The notes below the pieces were generated by a model. That model was not told where the DNA came from. It saw only the letters and a program-made list of their open reading frames with translations, and ran no database searches. This document shows, piece by piece, positions 39,751 through 56,566 of a stretch of DNA of 64,000 bases. Position 1 is the first letter of the stretch. Every line of letters starts with the position of its first letter. This DNA comes from Escherichia coli (GTDB taxonomy: Bacteria > Pseudomonadota > Gammaproteobacteria > Enterobacterales > Enterobacteriaceae): assembly GCF_002854065.1 (NCBI RefSeq), contig NZ_CP024147.1; one strand, written 5' to 3'. Made by a program: the position numbers and the translations under genes.

Positions 39751-41163
39751 ATGGTAGATCAGGTAAAAGTCGTTGCCGATGATCAGGCTCCGGCTGAACA
39801 GTCGCTACGGCGCAATCTCACAAACCGGCATATTCAGCTTATTGCCATTGGCGGCGCCATTGGTACGGGGTTGTTTATGGGATCCGGTAAAACAATCAGC
39901 CTTGCCGGGCCGTCGATCATTTTCGTTTATATGATCATCGGTTTTATGCTCTTTTTCGTGATGCGGGCAATGGGGGAATTGCTGCTTTCGAATCTGGAAT
40001 ACAAATCTTTTAGTGACTTCGCTTCCGATTTATTAGGGCCGTGGGCAGGATATTTCACTGGCTGGACTTATTGGTTCTGCTGGGTGGTTACCGGTATGGC
40101 GGACGTGGTTGCCATCACGGCTTATGCGCAGTTCTGGTTTCCGGGGCTATCTGACTGGGTCGCCTCGTTGGCGGTGATAGTGCTGTTGCTGACCCTGAAC
40201 CTCGCCACCGTGAAAATGTTCGGTGAGATGGAGTTCTGGTTTGCGATGATCAAAATCGTCGCCATCGTGTCGTTGATTGTCGTCGGCCTGGTCATGGTGG
40301 CGATGCACTTTCAGTCACCGACTGGTGTGGAAGCGTCATTTGCGCATTTGTGGAATGACGGCGGCTGGTTCCCGAAAGGCTTAAGTGGCTTCTTTGCCGG
40401 ATTCCAGATAGCGGTTTTCGCTTTCGTGGGGATTGAGCTGGTAGGTACTACTGCTGCGGAAACCAAAGATCCAGAGAAATCACTGCCGCGTGCAATTAAC
40501 TCTATTCCGATCCGCATCATTATGTTCTACGTCTTCGCGCTGATTGTGATTATGTCCGTGACGCCGTGGAGTTCGGTAGTCCCGGATAAAAGCCCGTTTG
40601 TTGAACTGTTCGTGTTGGTGGGGCTGCCTGCTGCTGCCAGCGTGATCAACTTTGTGGTGCTGACGTCTGCGGCTTCTTCCGCTAACAGTGGCGTCTTCTC
40701 TACCAGTCGCATGCTGTTTGGTCTGGCGCAGGAAGGTGTTGCACCGAAAGCGTTCGCTAAACTCTCTAAACGCGCAGTACCCGCGAAAGGGCTGACCTTC
40801 TCTTGTATCTGTCTGCTCGGCGGCGTGGTGATGTTGTACGTGAATCCAAGCGTGATTGGCGCGTTCACGATGATCACGACGGTTTCCGCGATTCTGTTTA
40901 TGTTTGTCTGGACGATTATCCTTTGCTCATACCTTGTGTATCGCAAACAGCGTCCGCACCTGCATGAGAAGTCAATCTACAAGATGCCGCTCGGCAAGCT
41001 GATGTGCTGGGTATGTATGGCGTTCTTTGTGTTCGTCATCGTGCTGCTGACGCTGGAAGATGACACCCGCCAGGCTCTGCTGGTTACCCCACTGTGGTTT
41101 ATCGCGCTGGGGCTGGGCTGGTTGTTTATTGGTAAGAAGCGGGCTGCTGAACTGCGGAAATAA
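39751..41163 (+). CDS. cycA: D-serine/D-alanine/glycine:H+ symporter CycA (APC family)
   Basis: 470-aa ORF MVDQVKVVADDQAPAEQSLRRNLTNRHIQLIAIGGAIGTGLF. Confidence 0.96.
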   Translation: MVDQVKVVADDQAPAEQSLRRNLTNRHIQLIAIGGAIGTGLFMGSGKTISLAGPSIIFVYMIIGFMLFFVMRAMGELLLSNLEYKSFSDFASDLLGPWAGYFTGWTYWFCWVVTGMADVVAITAYAQFWFPGLSDWVASLAVIVLLLTLNLATVKMFGEMEFWFAMIKIVAIVSLIVVGLVMVAMHFQSPTGVEASFAHLWNDGGWFPKGLSGFFAGFQIAVFAFVGIELVGTTAAETKDPEKSLPRAINSIPIRIIMFYVFALIVIMSVTPWSSVVPDKSPFVELFVLVGLPAAASVINFVVLTSAASSANSGVFSTSRMLFGLAQEGVAPKAFAKLSKRAVPAKGLTFSCICLLGGVVMLYVNPSVIGAFTMITTVSAILFMFVWTIILCSYLVYRKQRPHLHEKSIYKMPLGKLMCWVCMAFFVFVIVLLTLEDDTRQALLVTPLWFIALGLGWLFIGKKRAAELRK

Positions 41164-41207
41164 CCGCATTATCATGCTGGATGGCGCAATGCCATCCAGC
41201 TTTTAGA

Positions 41208-41870
41208 TTACTCACCCGCCAGCGCGCGTGGGAACAGTACATTGTTTTCCAGACTGATGTGATCCATCAGGTCATCAATCAGTTCATTAATGCCGTTATA
41301 CATCGCTTTCCAGGTGGTGCAGGCTTCTGGCGGCGGTGTGACGTTATTGGTAGTGTGTTTGATCACTTCCAGCAGTTCGCCCGCTTCATCGTGCTCGCTT
41401 TCCATTACGCTGATTGGCCCCATTGCCTGGCTGCCCATGCCTTGTTTGATCATCGGGAAGAGGATCTGCTCTTCTTTCATCATGTGGCTGGAAAGCTCTT
41501 CATGCAGCATGGTCAGGTATTTTGTCAGCCCTTTTGGCACGCTCGGTTTGTCGGCGTGAACGCGCTCGACTTTAGTCGCTTGCAGGATCAGCTCCGGCAG
41601 TTGCTCGCGGTGACGATCGTGGTAGCGCACGATGATATGGTCGATGATTTCTGCCAGCGGGGCGCTACGCCAGTCTTTCTCAATCGGTTGTTCAGCAAGC
41701 TTTGCCAGCTCAGCTTCAATGACCTCAACATCCAGTTCTTTACGTGCCGCCGCACGCGCCAGCGTTTGCTTACCGCCGCAGCAGTAATCCATATCATATT
41801 TACGAAACAGAGCCGAAGCGCGAGGGATAGAGAGCGCCAGTTCACCTAAAGGTTGGTCGCGATAAGCCAT
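41208..41870 (-). CDS. ytfE: Iron-sulfur cluster repair di-iron protein YtfE (RIC)
   Basis: 220-aa [36 protein letters not shown]; hemerythrin-like. Confidence 0.95.
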   Translation of the reverse strand: MAYRDQPLGELALSIPRASALFRKYDMDYCCGGKQTLARAAARKELDVEVIEAELAKLAEQPIEKDWRSAPLAEIIDHIIVRYHDRHREQLPELILQATKVERVHADKPSVPKGLTKYLTMLHEELSSHMMKEEQILFPMIKQGMGSQAMGPISVMESEHDEAGELLEVIKHTTNNVTPPPEACTTWKAMYNGINELIDDLMDHISLENNVLFPRALAGE

Positions 41871-41977
41871 AGCTGATACCTCATTCTTAATAAGATAAGA
41901 TGTATTTTAAATGCATCTTTAAGGCAAATGCTATAACCCTTACGTAGCAGAGGCTTATTTAACTCACTGCCAGTATG

Positions 41978-42952
41978 TCAACTTTCTGAGACAGATTCAG
42001 TTAAAGGCTTTTCCGGTTTTGCTCTGACTGCAATGACCACGCCAACCACTAACAGCGCGATACCGCTCAGCGTCATCAGCGGCGGCATTTGCTGGCGTAT
42101 CAAAAAGGTGTACAGCAAACCTGCCAGTGTTTCGAAAACGATCAGCGGCCCGAGAATCACTGTCGGTAATCGCTGGCTGGCGACGTTCCAGCAGAGTGCG
42201 CCAACCCATGAGCAAAGCACGGCTATCGCAACCATCAGACTAATAAACACCAGCGGACGGGGGCCAAAAGGTAAGGAGAAGTCCGGCGTTTGTATATTCA
42301 GCCAGTAACAGGCGACGAGATAGCCGATGAGAGAAACCGGCAGCGTGACCAGCGCCTGCGCCGTCGCCCACATCATCGGATGTTTGTCGGGATTTTCCCG
42401 CAGCCAGCGGGCGTTGCGCAGGGCATACCATGCCCAGCAGACCACGGAAACTAACGCTAGCACGATGCCAGAGGTATAACGTGCCCAGTCAAAATCGGGG
42501 AGTCCGTGGTTTAACTCAGCAATATTCACACACGCCAGGCCGATGCCAATACAAATCAGTGCCGGGGCGAGTTTTCCCCACGCGAGTTTGCCGTCTCGCT
42601 GGCTATAAAGCAGATTGGCAAAGACAGGAATGACCACCGGCAGGGTGCCAATAATCATCGTAGAAACAGGCGCGCCAGTACGTTGAATGGCACTGGCAAG
42701 GCAGAAGTAATAGATGAGGTTGCCCATCATAGTGAGCATCAAGGCGGTAAGCCAGTCGCGACGCGCCAACTGACGCAGACGCACGCGTCCCAGCCAGGCA
42801 ATGGGTAGCGCAATTAACCCTAACGCCAGATAACGCCCCATCGACTGCAACATCGCCGGGTATTCCGGCACGATCAACGGCCCGACAAAAATAAGCCCCC
42901 ACATCAACCCTGCTAACAGGGCGTACAGCACGCCGCTAATCATTACTGGCAT
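41978..42952 (-). CDS. ytfF: Inner-membrane DMT/EamA-family transporter YtfF
   Basis: 324-aa track ORF, 10 TM; start codon choice (MPVMISG vs MISG) uncertain. Confidence 0.88.
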   Translation of the reverse strand: MPVMISGVLYALLAGLMWGLIFVGPLIVPEYPAMLQSMGRYLALGLIALPIAWLGRVRLRQLARRDWLTALMLTMMGNLIYYFCLASAIQRTGAPVSTMIIGTLPVVIPVFANLLYSQRDGKLAWGKLAPALICIGIGLACVNIAELNHGLPDFDWARYTSGIVLALVSVVCWAWYALRNARWLRENPDKHPMMWATAQALVTLPVSLIGYLVACYWLNIQTPDFSLPFGPRPLVFISLMVAIAVLCSWVGALCWNVASQRLPTVILGPLIVFETLAGLLYTFLIRQQMPPLMTLSGIALLVVGVVIAVRAKPEKPLTESVSES

Positions 42953-43051
42953 CCATTGGTCTGTCAGAAGAAACGTTCAGGAAGCAGACATGATTGCTCC
43001 CGGCATCCCGTCATTATCAGAGAGGATGCGGGAGGATGCCACTTTAATTAA

Positions 43052-43915
43052 CTATTTATTAACATTAAAAAGATGGCTTACGCTTTCGGCTAACGTTGTC
43101 GTTGGGCGGCCAATCAATTTGCTCAGCGTTTTGCTGTCATCAAACAGACCGCCTTTCGATGCGCCAACGTCAGAATCCGCCAGCATATCCGCCAGTCCGT
43201 CAGGCAGGCCAACGCTTTTCAGCGCCGCAGCGAAATCGATTTCGCTCAGATTTTGATAGGTAACCTGTTTGCCGCTCTGTTTGGTCAGCTCTGCCGCTAA
43301 CTGTGTCAACGTCCAGGCACTATCGCCCGCCAGCTCGTAAACCTTGCCTTCGTGACCGGCTTCGCTAATCACGCGTGCCGCAGCTGCCGCATAATCTGCC
43401 CGCGTTGCCGAGGCAATTTTGCCATCGCCCGCGGCACCGATAAATACGCCGTGCTCCAGTGCTGCCGGGGCGCTGGCGAGATAGTTTTCGGTGTACCAGC
43501 CGTTGCGCAGCAGGGTGTAAACGATGCCAGAATCAGCCAACATTTTCTCCGTCTCGATGTGCTCATCGGCGAGGCCGAGCGGAGATTTATCCGCGTGAAG
43601 CAGACTGGTATAAGCGATAAATTTCACGCCAGCCGTCTTTGCGGCATTAATAACATTACGATGCTGCGGGGCACGTTGACCCACTTCGCTGGAAGAGATC
43701 AGCAGTAGTTTTTCCACTCCCTGAAGTGCAGATGTCAGTGCGGCTTCATCGCCGTAGTCAGCCTGACGCACGGTAATGCCTTGTGCTGCCAGGGCCTGGG
43801 CTTTTGCCGGATTACGAACGATAGCCACTATTTGTTGGCTGGCAGGAACCGTTTTCATCAAGGATTCAATAACATAGTGACCAAGTTGGCCAGTGGCACC
43901 AGTAATAGCGATCAT
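43052..43915 (-). CDS. qorB: NAD(P)H:quinone oxidoreductase QorB (YtfG), NmrA-like
   Basis: 287-aa ORF MIAITGATGQLGHYVIESL (Rossmann GxxGxxG). Confidence 0.93.
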   Translation of the reverse strand: MIAITGATGQLGHYVIESLMKTVPASQQIVAIVRNPAKAQALAAQGITVRQADYGDEAALTSALQGVEKLLLISSSEVGQRAPQHRNVINAAKTAGVKFIAYTSLLHADKSPLGLADEHIETEKMLADSGIVYTLLRNGWYTENYLASAPAALEHGVFIGAAGDGKIASATRADYAAAAARVISEAGHEGKVYELAGDSAWTLTQLAAELTKQSGKQVTYQNLSEIDFAAALKSVGLPDGLADMLADSDVGASKGGLFDDSKTLSKLIGRPTTTLAESVSHLFNVNK

Positions 43916-44003
43916 GGGAAGTCTCCATCGTTTTGTCTTGTGTTTAAATACGCTAACACCTAAACTTACTTTTAGTAAGTACGTACAAAAAGGTAAGTAT
44001 GAA

Positions 44004-44384
44004 ATGAGTCAGGTTAGCCTGTCGCAACAACTGAAAGAGGGTAATCTCTTTGCGGAACAGTGCCCGTCGCGCGAGGTGTTGAAACACGTCACCAGCCGTT
44101 GGGGGGTATTGATTCTGGTGGCGCTACGCGAAGGTACTCATCGCTTTAGCGACCTGCGGCGCAAAATCGGTGGGGTGAGTGAAAAGATGCTTGCGCAGTC
44201 GTTACAGGCGTTAGAACAGGATGGTTTTCTTAACCGTATCGCGTATCCGGTGGTGCCGCCGCATGTGGAATACAGCCTCACGCCGCTGGGCGAGCAGGTG
44301 AGCGAAAAGGTTGCTGCACTGGCGGACTGGATTGAGTTGAATTTGCCCGAGGTGTTGGCGGTGCGGGATGAACGTGCGGCATAA
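44004..44384 (+). CDS. ytfH: HxlR-family transcriptional regulator YtfH
   Basis: Track ORF 43893..44384; start MSQVSLSQQLKEGNLFAEQCPSREVLKHVTSRWGVLIL; 126 aa; divergent from qorB. Confidence 0.9.
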   Translation: MSQVSLSQQLKEGNLFAEQCPSREVLKHVTSRWGVLILVALREGTHRFSDLRRKIGGVSEKMLAQSLQALEQDGFLNRIAYPVVPPHVEYSLTPLGEQVSEKVAALADWIELNLPEVLAVRDERAA

Positions 44385-44385
44385 C

Positions 44386-44485
44386 TGCCGGATGCGCTGA
44401 GCTTATCTGGTCTACGGTGCATGGCTTGTAGGGCGGATAAGATGCGCCAGCATCGCATCCGACAAAAGTGCCGGATGCGGTTGAT
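44386..44485. repeat. REP/BIME palindromic elements
   Basis: CTGCCGGATGCGCTGAGCTTATCTGG..GTAGGGCGGATAAGATGCGCCAGCATCGCATCCGACA..GTGCCGGATGCGG. Confidence 0.8.
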
Positions 44486-44511
44486 GATTTATAGGTCGAA
44501 AAAGAAGTGTT

Positions 44512-46484
44512 TTACTTACTCAAATCCACCTGATAAATCGCAAACCCGATATCATCGGTCGCGACTTTATTCATCGGATATTGCCCTTTCTCTTTAATAA
44601 ACGCTGCGGCTTTATCTGACGGGGAAGTTTCGAAACGGATATCCAGTTTCTTATCGCCGGCTATCGGTGCTAAACGCCAGTTGTTATCTGCCGCCGGGTG
44701 AATTTCCCCCGCACGTTTCGACTCATCAGCAATCCACGCTGCCAGCACCGAGCGGTTCTCATCCGGTGAAGCAAAAGCGATATGGCTGTCGCCCGTACCG
44801 GCAAATTTGCCGCCGTAAGCGCGATAGTTATTGGTGGCAACGAGGAACATGGCGTTCGGATCAATCGGCTTGCCGTTAAAGGTCAGGTTCTTAATCCTTT
44901 CCGCATTGGCATTAACCATCTGGCACTCGCCGTCATAACGGGCAGGCTGGGTAACATCAATCTGATAATTCACACCATCAATCACATCAAAGTTATAGGT
45001 GCGGAAACCATCCCAGTTGATGAGTGACTGTGGTTTCGTGTTGTCAGGATCAATCTGGTTAAACTGTCCGGCGGAGCACTCCAGCCACTCTTTCACCTCT
45101 TTACCGCTGGCTTTCACCACAATCAGCGTATTGGGGTAGAGATAAAGATCGGCGGCATTACGGAAGGTCAACTGGCCTTTTTCCACCTCCACATAGCTTG
45201 CCGGATCATTTTTGCGACCACCAACTTTAAACGGTGCAGCAGCTGAAAGCACCGGCAGTTTTGCCAGATCCGGATCGTCCTGAATGTAATGCTCGACATA
45301 CGCTTTTTGCGCGTTGTTCACCACCTGCACGGTCGGATCGTCCTGCACCAGCGCCAGATAGCTATACATATTGTCGGCGGATTTACCGATTGGCTTGCTG
45401 ACGAACTGGCGTGTGGCATCGTGATCGGCTTTGAGTGTTTCTACCAGCTTGCTGTCTTCCGCCGCGAGGGATTTTTTATTGGCGATGTCGTAAATCGGCC
45501 GTGCTTCCGCTTTCGCCTGCGTCACCTGCCATTTACCGCTGTTATTACTGAGTTGTAAGTCGACCACCCCAAGATGATCGCCCCACATGCCCGGCATTAC
45601 CGCCGGAACACCATTCAGCGTGCCTTTCGCGATATCAGCCCCTTCGATACGATATCAGCCCCTTCGATATCAGCAAAATCTTTACCTGGGAAAACGGCGT
45701 GAGCATGGCCAAACATAATGGCGTTAACGCCAGGAATTTCACTGAGGTAATAAACTGAGTTTTCCGCCATCACTTTATACGGATCGGCAGATAGCCCGGA
45801 ATGCGCCAGAACGACAACGACATCGGCACCTTTCTCGCGCATTTCAGGCACGTATTTGCGCACGGTTTCGGTAATATCATTCACCGTCACTTTTCCGGAT
45901 AAATTAGCTTTATCCCAGCCCATGATTTGCGGCGGCACGACGCCAATATAGCCAATCTTCAGCGTCTGTTTTTTTCCGTCTTTATCGACCACTTCGGTAT
46001 CTTTAATTAAATACGGTGTAAACATTGGCTGTTTGGTTCTGGCGTCAATGACGTTGGCATTTACATAAGGGAATTTCGCTCCCGCCAACGCATTTTTCAG
46101 GTAATCCAGACCGTAGTTAAATTCATGATTGCCGAGTGTACCGACCGTATAATCCAGCGTATTCAGCGCCTTATAAACCGGATGAACATCACCTGCTTTT
46201 AATCCTTTCGCCGATATGTAATCGGCCAGCGGACTCCCCTGAATCAAATCGCCGTTATCGACCAGTACGCTGTTTTTCACTTCATTGCGGGCATCGTTAA
46301 TCAGGCTTGCCGTACGTACCAGTCCGAATTTTTCCGTGGCGGTGTCTTTGTAATAATCGAAATCCATCATGTTGCTATGCAGATCAGTGGTTTCCATGAT
46401 ACGTAGATCGACCGTCGCTGCATTCACACTGGCGGCAATCAGCGTGGCCAGGAGCGTTGCGCTAAACTTAATCATCAGGGACAT
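44512..46484 (-). pseudogene. cpdB: cpdB (periplasmic 2',3'-cyclic-nucleotide 2'-phosphodiesterase / 3'-nucleotidase) split by a 20-bp tandem duplication
   Basis: N-terminal ORF 45615..46484 (signal peptide [36 protein letters not shown], ends ...[19 protein letters not shown]) and C-terminal ORF 44512..45597 ([15 protein letters not shown]...) are adjacent and co-directional; removing one 20-bp copy rejoins them in frame. Confidence 0.85.
45630..45669. repeat. Perfect 20-bp tandem duplication CGATATCAGCCCCTTCGATA x2 inside cpdB
   Basis: Read directly: 45630-45649 and 45650-45669 identical. Confidence 0.9.
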
Positions 46485-46664
46485 CCTTTTATCATCGGGA
46501 ATACGAAAGAAAAGGGAGAATAAACGCCTTACTTATAGAACAGTGAAGAATGCCACAATTTTACGCTTTGAAAATGATGACACTATCACAGTTGGCGCAT
46601 TCATTAACGATAGGGTATAAGTAAAACAATAAGTTAACACCGCTCACAGAGACGAGGTGGAGAA

Positions 46665-47405
46665 ATGTTAGATCAAGTATGCCAGCTTGCACGGAATGCA
46701 GGCGATGCCATTATGCAGGTCTACGACGGGACGAAACCGATGGACGTCGTCAGCAAAGCGGACAATTCTCCGGTAACGGCAGCGGATATTGCCGCTCACA
46801 CCGTTATCATGGACGGTTTACGTACGCTGACACCGGAGATTCCGGTCCTTTCTGAAGAAGATCCTCCCGGTTGGGAAGTCCGTCAGCACTGGCAGCGTTA
46901 CTGGCTGGTGGACCCGCTGGATGGCACTAAAGAGTTTATTAAACGTAATGGCGAATTCACCGTTAACATTGCGCTCATTGACCATGGCAAACCGATTTTA
47001 GGTGTGGTGTATGCGCCGGTAATGAACGTAATGTACAGCGCGGCAGAAGGCAAGGCCTGGAAAGAAGAGTGCGGTGTGCGCAAGCAGATTCAGGTCCGCG
47101 ATGCGCGCCCGCCGCTGGTGGTTATCAGCCGTTCCCATGCAGATGCGGAGCTGAAAGAGTATCTGCAACAGCTTGGCGAACATCAGACCACGTCCATCGG
47201 CTCTTCGCTGAAATTCTGCCTGGTGGCGGAAGGGCAGGCGCAGCTGTACCCGCGCTTCGGACCAACGAATATTTGGGATACCGCCGCTGGTCATGCTGTG
47301 GCTGCAGCTGCCGGAGCGCACGTTCATGACTGGCAGGGTAAACCGCTGGATTACACTCCGCGCGAGTCGTTCCTGAATCCGGGATTCAGAGTGTCTATTT
47401 ATTAA
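46665..47405 (+). CDS. cysQ: 3'(2'),5'-bisphosphate nucleotidase CysQ
   Basis: 246-aa [25 protein letters not shown]; inositol-monophosphatase motifs (WLVDPLDGT). Confidence 0.95.
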   Translation: MLDQVCQLARNAGDAIMQVYDGTKPMDVVSKADNSPVTAADIAAHTVIMDGLRTLTPEIPVLSEEDPPGWEVRQHWQRYWLVDPLDGTKEFIKRNGEFTVNIALIDHGKPILGVVYAPVMNVMYSAAEGKAWKEECGVRKQIQVRDARPPLVVISRSHADAELKEYLQQLGEHQTTSIGSSLKFCLVAEGQAQLYPRFGPTNIWDTAAGHAVAAAAGAHVHDWQGKPLDYTPRESFLNPGFRVSIY

Positions 47406-47952
47406 TTAATTTATGCAGCAGGTCCATCACTTGCTGCACCTCTTCCTGTGTGAGCGCCCCGTCTTTGGCCCATTGCACGCGACCATCCTTATCCAGCACC
47501 ACTACAGCGGAACTTTCTTCATCCAGCTGCCAGGCACCGCGCGCGACGCCATTGCTATCGACAATAAACTGCGACCAGGGATAAAGCTTTTTATTACTCT
47601 CCAGACTGCTGCGCACAAACATCCCTGAACCCGGAATCGCGTCGTCGGTGTTAACAATGGTGGTGGTCTGGTAGCGATCGTGCGGTAACTTCGCTGATTT
47701 AATCGCTTCAATCAGCGTCGCGTTTTTCTCTTTTGCAGAGGTGCGACCAGCAATATGTTGCAGTACTCGCACTTTTCCCACTAACTGTGCGCTGTTCCAG
47801 GTTTTGTAGCTAAACTGATCTTTATCAAGCACCAACTCGCCTCGATCGGTAATGCCAATCGGCGGCACTCGCTGACCGGTTTCGAACTGATGTGCGGAAG
47901 CCATCATCGGCAACAGCAGGCAGGTGAGTGCCAGAATCTTGCTTAGGGTCAT
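47395..47952 (-). CDS. ytfJ: Periplasmic protein YtfJ (DUF1107)
   Basis: 185-aa ORF with signal peptide [20 protein letters not shown]; convergent 11-nt overlap with cysQ. Confidence 0.9.
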   Translation of the reverse strand: MTLSKILALTCLLLPMMASAHQFETGQRVPPIGITDRGELVLDKDQFSYKTWNSAQLVGKVRVLQHIAGRTSAKEKNATLIEAIKSAKLPHDRYQTTTIVNTDDAIPGSGMFVRSSLESNKKLYPWSQFIVDSNGVARGAWQLDEESSAVVVLDKDGRVQWAKDGALTQEEVQQVMDLLHKLINK

Positions 47953-48276
47953 GGTGTTTCCTTCTTATGATATGCAGGTGATCCGACCACTTGGGTCTGA
48001 GTTTTAATCATATGTGCTATTTATCGAATTTCCCGCAAGTGTGATGCCAGTTTGCGGTCAAGCGCACAAATCATATGAAAAATGAATGCTTATACTGAAG
48101 ACCGCGCTTCGGTAAAAAGATAATTCTGAATAATTGTAACCTTTAGGTAAAAAAAGTTATACGCGGTGGAAACATTGCCCGGATAGTCTATAGTCACTAA
48201 GCATTAAAATTTGCGCCTCATAATAGTTGGGCCGATTGTGGCACCGCACAGGCGTAATACTCAGCAGGAGATAACA

Positions 48277-48483
48277 ATGAAAATTTTCCAACGGTACAAC
48301 CCACTTCAGGTGGCGAAGTACGTAAAGATCCTGTTCCGTGGACGGTTATACATCAAGGACGTTGGCGCTTTTGAATTTGATAAGGGTAAGATTCTTATCC
48401 CAAAAGTGAAGGATAAGCTGCATTTGTCAGTGATGTCCGAAGTTAACCGTCAGGTTATGCGTCTGCAAACAGAGATGGCTTAA
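48277..48483 (+). CDS. ytfK: Small protein YtfK (DUF1107)
   Basis: Track ORF 48211..48483; start [38 protein letters not shown]; 68 aa. Confidence 0.88.
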
Positions 48484-48544
48484 CCAAAGTGCTATGCAGT
48501 AATAAGACGGCTCCTGATTCAGGAGCCGTTGATGTTTCTGGGGG

Positions 48545-49888
48545 TTACGCGACGCTTTCTTCTTTATCTTTAGCGTCAGGCAGTTTTGGCGAAAGGGCGG
48601 TGGCCTTGCTGTCGATCCGGGTCACCAGCAGCTGGTCGATGCGGTAGTTATCGATATCCACCACTTCAAATTTGTAGCCGGCGAATTTCACCGAATCGGT
48701 GCGTTTCGGGATCTTACGCAGCATAAACATCATAAAGCCGCCGATGGTTTCGTAGTTGCCCGACTGCGGGAACTCGTCAATATCCAGCACGCGCATGACG
48801 TCGTCAATTGGGGTGCCGCCGTCAATCAGCCATGAGTTCTCATCACGGGCGACAATCTGCTCTTCCAGCCCCTGGCCGACCAGATCGCCCATCAGCGTGG
48901 TCATCACGTCGTTGAGGGTGATGATCCCCACTACCAGCGCGTACTCGTTCATGATCACCGCGAAGTCTTCACCTGCGGTTTTAAAACTTTCCAACGCCTC
49001 TGAAAGGGTTAACGTATCCGGCACAATCAGCGTGTTGCGAATTTGTACGCCGCTGTTCAGTGCCAGGCTTTGGTTAGCCAGCACGCGGTTCAGCAGGTCT
49101 TTAGAATCGACATAACCGATGATGTGGTCAATATCTTCATTACAGACGAGGAACTTAGAGTGCGGATGTTCCGCCACTTTATTCTTCAGACTTTGCTCAT
49201 CTTCGTGGAGATCAAACCAAATCACGTTTTCACGCGGTGTCATTGACGACGGAACGGTACGGGATTCCAGCTCAAAGACGTTTTCAATCAGCTCGTGTTC
49301 CTGTTTACGTAACACGCCCGCCAGCGCACCGGCTTCCACTACCGCGTAGATGTCATCAGAAGTGATGTCATCTTTACGTACCATTGGCAGTTTGAAAATA
49401 CGGAAGATTATGTTCGCCAGTCCGTTGAAGAACCACACCAGCGGGGTGCAAACGTACAGGCAGAAGCGCATCGGGTTGATGATACGCAAAGCGACAGCTT
49501 CTGGCGCAATCATACCGATGCGTTTCGGGGTTAAATCCGCAAACAGGATAAACATGCCAGTCACTAACGAGAAAGAGAGAATAAAGCTCAGTTGCTCAGA
49601 GAGCTCTGCCGACATATAGCGGGAGAACAGGCTGTGAAAAGCTGGAGAAAATGCCGCATCACCGACGATACCGCCGAGAATCGCCACTGCGTTCAGACCG
49701 ATTTGGACCACGGTAAAGAACATGCCGGGATTTTCCTGCATATTCAGAACGCGTTGGGCATTTATATTGCCTTCATCAGCCAGCAGTTTAAGTTTGATTT
49801 TGCGTGAGGCGGCAAGCGAGATCTCGGACATCGAGAAGAACGCACTTACAGCGATCAAGCAGAGTATGACTAAAATACTGTTTAACAT
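48545..49888 (-). CDS. ytfL: Inner-membrane protein YtfL (DUF21/CNNM + CBS pair + CorC_HlyC; UPF0053)
   Basis: 447-aa ORF MLNSILVILCLIAVSAFFSMSEISLAASRKIKLK. Confidence 0.93.
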   Translation of the reverse strand: MLNSILVILCLIAVSAFFSMSEISLAASRKIKLKLLADEGNINAQRVLNMQENPGMFFTVVQIGLNAVAILGGIVGDAAFSPAFHSLFSRYMSAELSEQLSFILSFSLVTGMFILFADLTPKRIGMIAPEAVALRIINPMRFCLYVCTPLVWFFNGLANIIFRIFKLPMVRKDDITSDDIYAVVEAGALAGVLRKQEHELIENVFELESRTVPSSMTPRENVIWFDLHEDEQSLKNKVAEHPHSKFLVCNEDIDHIIGYVDSKDLLNRVLANQSLALNSGVQIRNTLIVPDTLTLSEALESFKTAGEDFAVIMNEYALVVGIITLNDVMTTLMGDLVGQGLEEQIVARDENSWLIDGGTPIDDVMRVLDIDEFPQSGNYETIGGFMMFMLRKIPKRTDSVKFAGYKFEVVDIDNYRIDQLLVTRIDSKATALSPKLPDAKDKEESVA

Positions 49889-50064
49889 ATCTTATCCGAC
49901 CTTTCAGGCCAGATCCTCGGAAGGGGAAGTTGATTAATTTGTGTGAAATACACATTGAAAGCCGATTCGAAGAAAGTGAACCGGCATTTTCAGTGGCTAG
50001 TATAGCGTAAGGTACTGTAAAGTCGCCAGAGGGTTAAAATTCAGACTGCTGATAAATGCAATAC

Positions 50065-50165
50065 TGCCTGATGCGCTATGCCAATCAGGCCTACGCAGTC
50101 CTTGCAATATATTGAATTTGGACGATTTTGTAGGCCTGGTAAGGCGTTTACGCCGCATCTGGCAT
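50065..50165. repeat. REP/BIME palindromic elements
   Basis: GCCTGATGCGCTATGCCAATCAGGCCTAC ... GTAGGCCTGGTAAGGCGTTTACGCCGCATCTGGCA. Confidence 0.8.
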
Positions 50166-50210
50166 AAATAAAGCGCACTTTATCAACAATCTACATTTGT
50201 ACCCGTAACG

Positions 50211-50849
50211 CTATGCTTCCGGTGGCAGACAGACGCCAATTCCGCCAATTCCACAGTAACCATACGGGTTTTTATGCAGATATTGCTGGTGGTCATCTTC
50301 GGCATAATAAAACGGTGTGGCGTTAGCGATTTCCGTGGTGATGTGACGATCATCATCGGCGGCAAGCATCGCCGCCTGAAAACGTTCCAGACTGGCGCGA
50401 GCTGCGGCATCCTGTTCTGGGGTCAGCGGATAAATCGCTGAACGATACTGCGTGCCGTGGTCATTGCCCTGACGCATTCCCTGGGCGGGATCGTGATTCT
50501 CCCAAAATACCTGTAGCAACTGCTCATAGCTGATGACGGAAGGATCGTAAACAATGCGTACCGCTTCGGCATGACCCGTATCACCGGAGCACACTTCCCG
50601 ATAAGTCGGATTTGGCGTATAGCCTCCGGTATAGCCTGCGGCGGTGCTGTAAACGCCGGGTAACTGCCAGAACAGACGCTCCACACCCCAGAAACAACCC
50701 ATCGCAAAAATGGCAATCTCCATTCCGTCAGGTACATTGGTCATTGAGTGACCGTTGACCGCATGCAGCGTGGCTACGGGCATCGGGGTGTTACGTCCAG
50801 GCAGGGCATCGGCGGGGGAAACCAGATGCTTTTTATCAAATAAACTCAT
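50211..50849 (-). CDS. msrA: Peptide methionine-S-sulfoxide reductase MsrA
   Basis: Track ORF 50211..50915; start [22 protein letters not shown]; active-site GCFWG; 212 aa. Confidence 0.96.
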
Positions 50850-51012
50850 GGTGTCGCTCTCCCGAAAATCGGTCATTGGGGTTAAGGTTGTAACAAGAGG
50901 CGTATTTGCACACAATAACCACCGTGAATAGGTCTAAAGTAAAACATAAGAAATATTTGGGGTTTAGTCTGCTTTTTAATCCATATTACTGGATTTTTGT
51001 TAAGCCGTTTAA

Positions 51013-56564
<5,552 letters not shown>

Positions 56565-56566
56565 CA

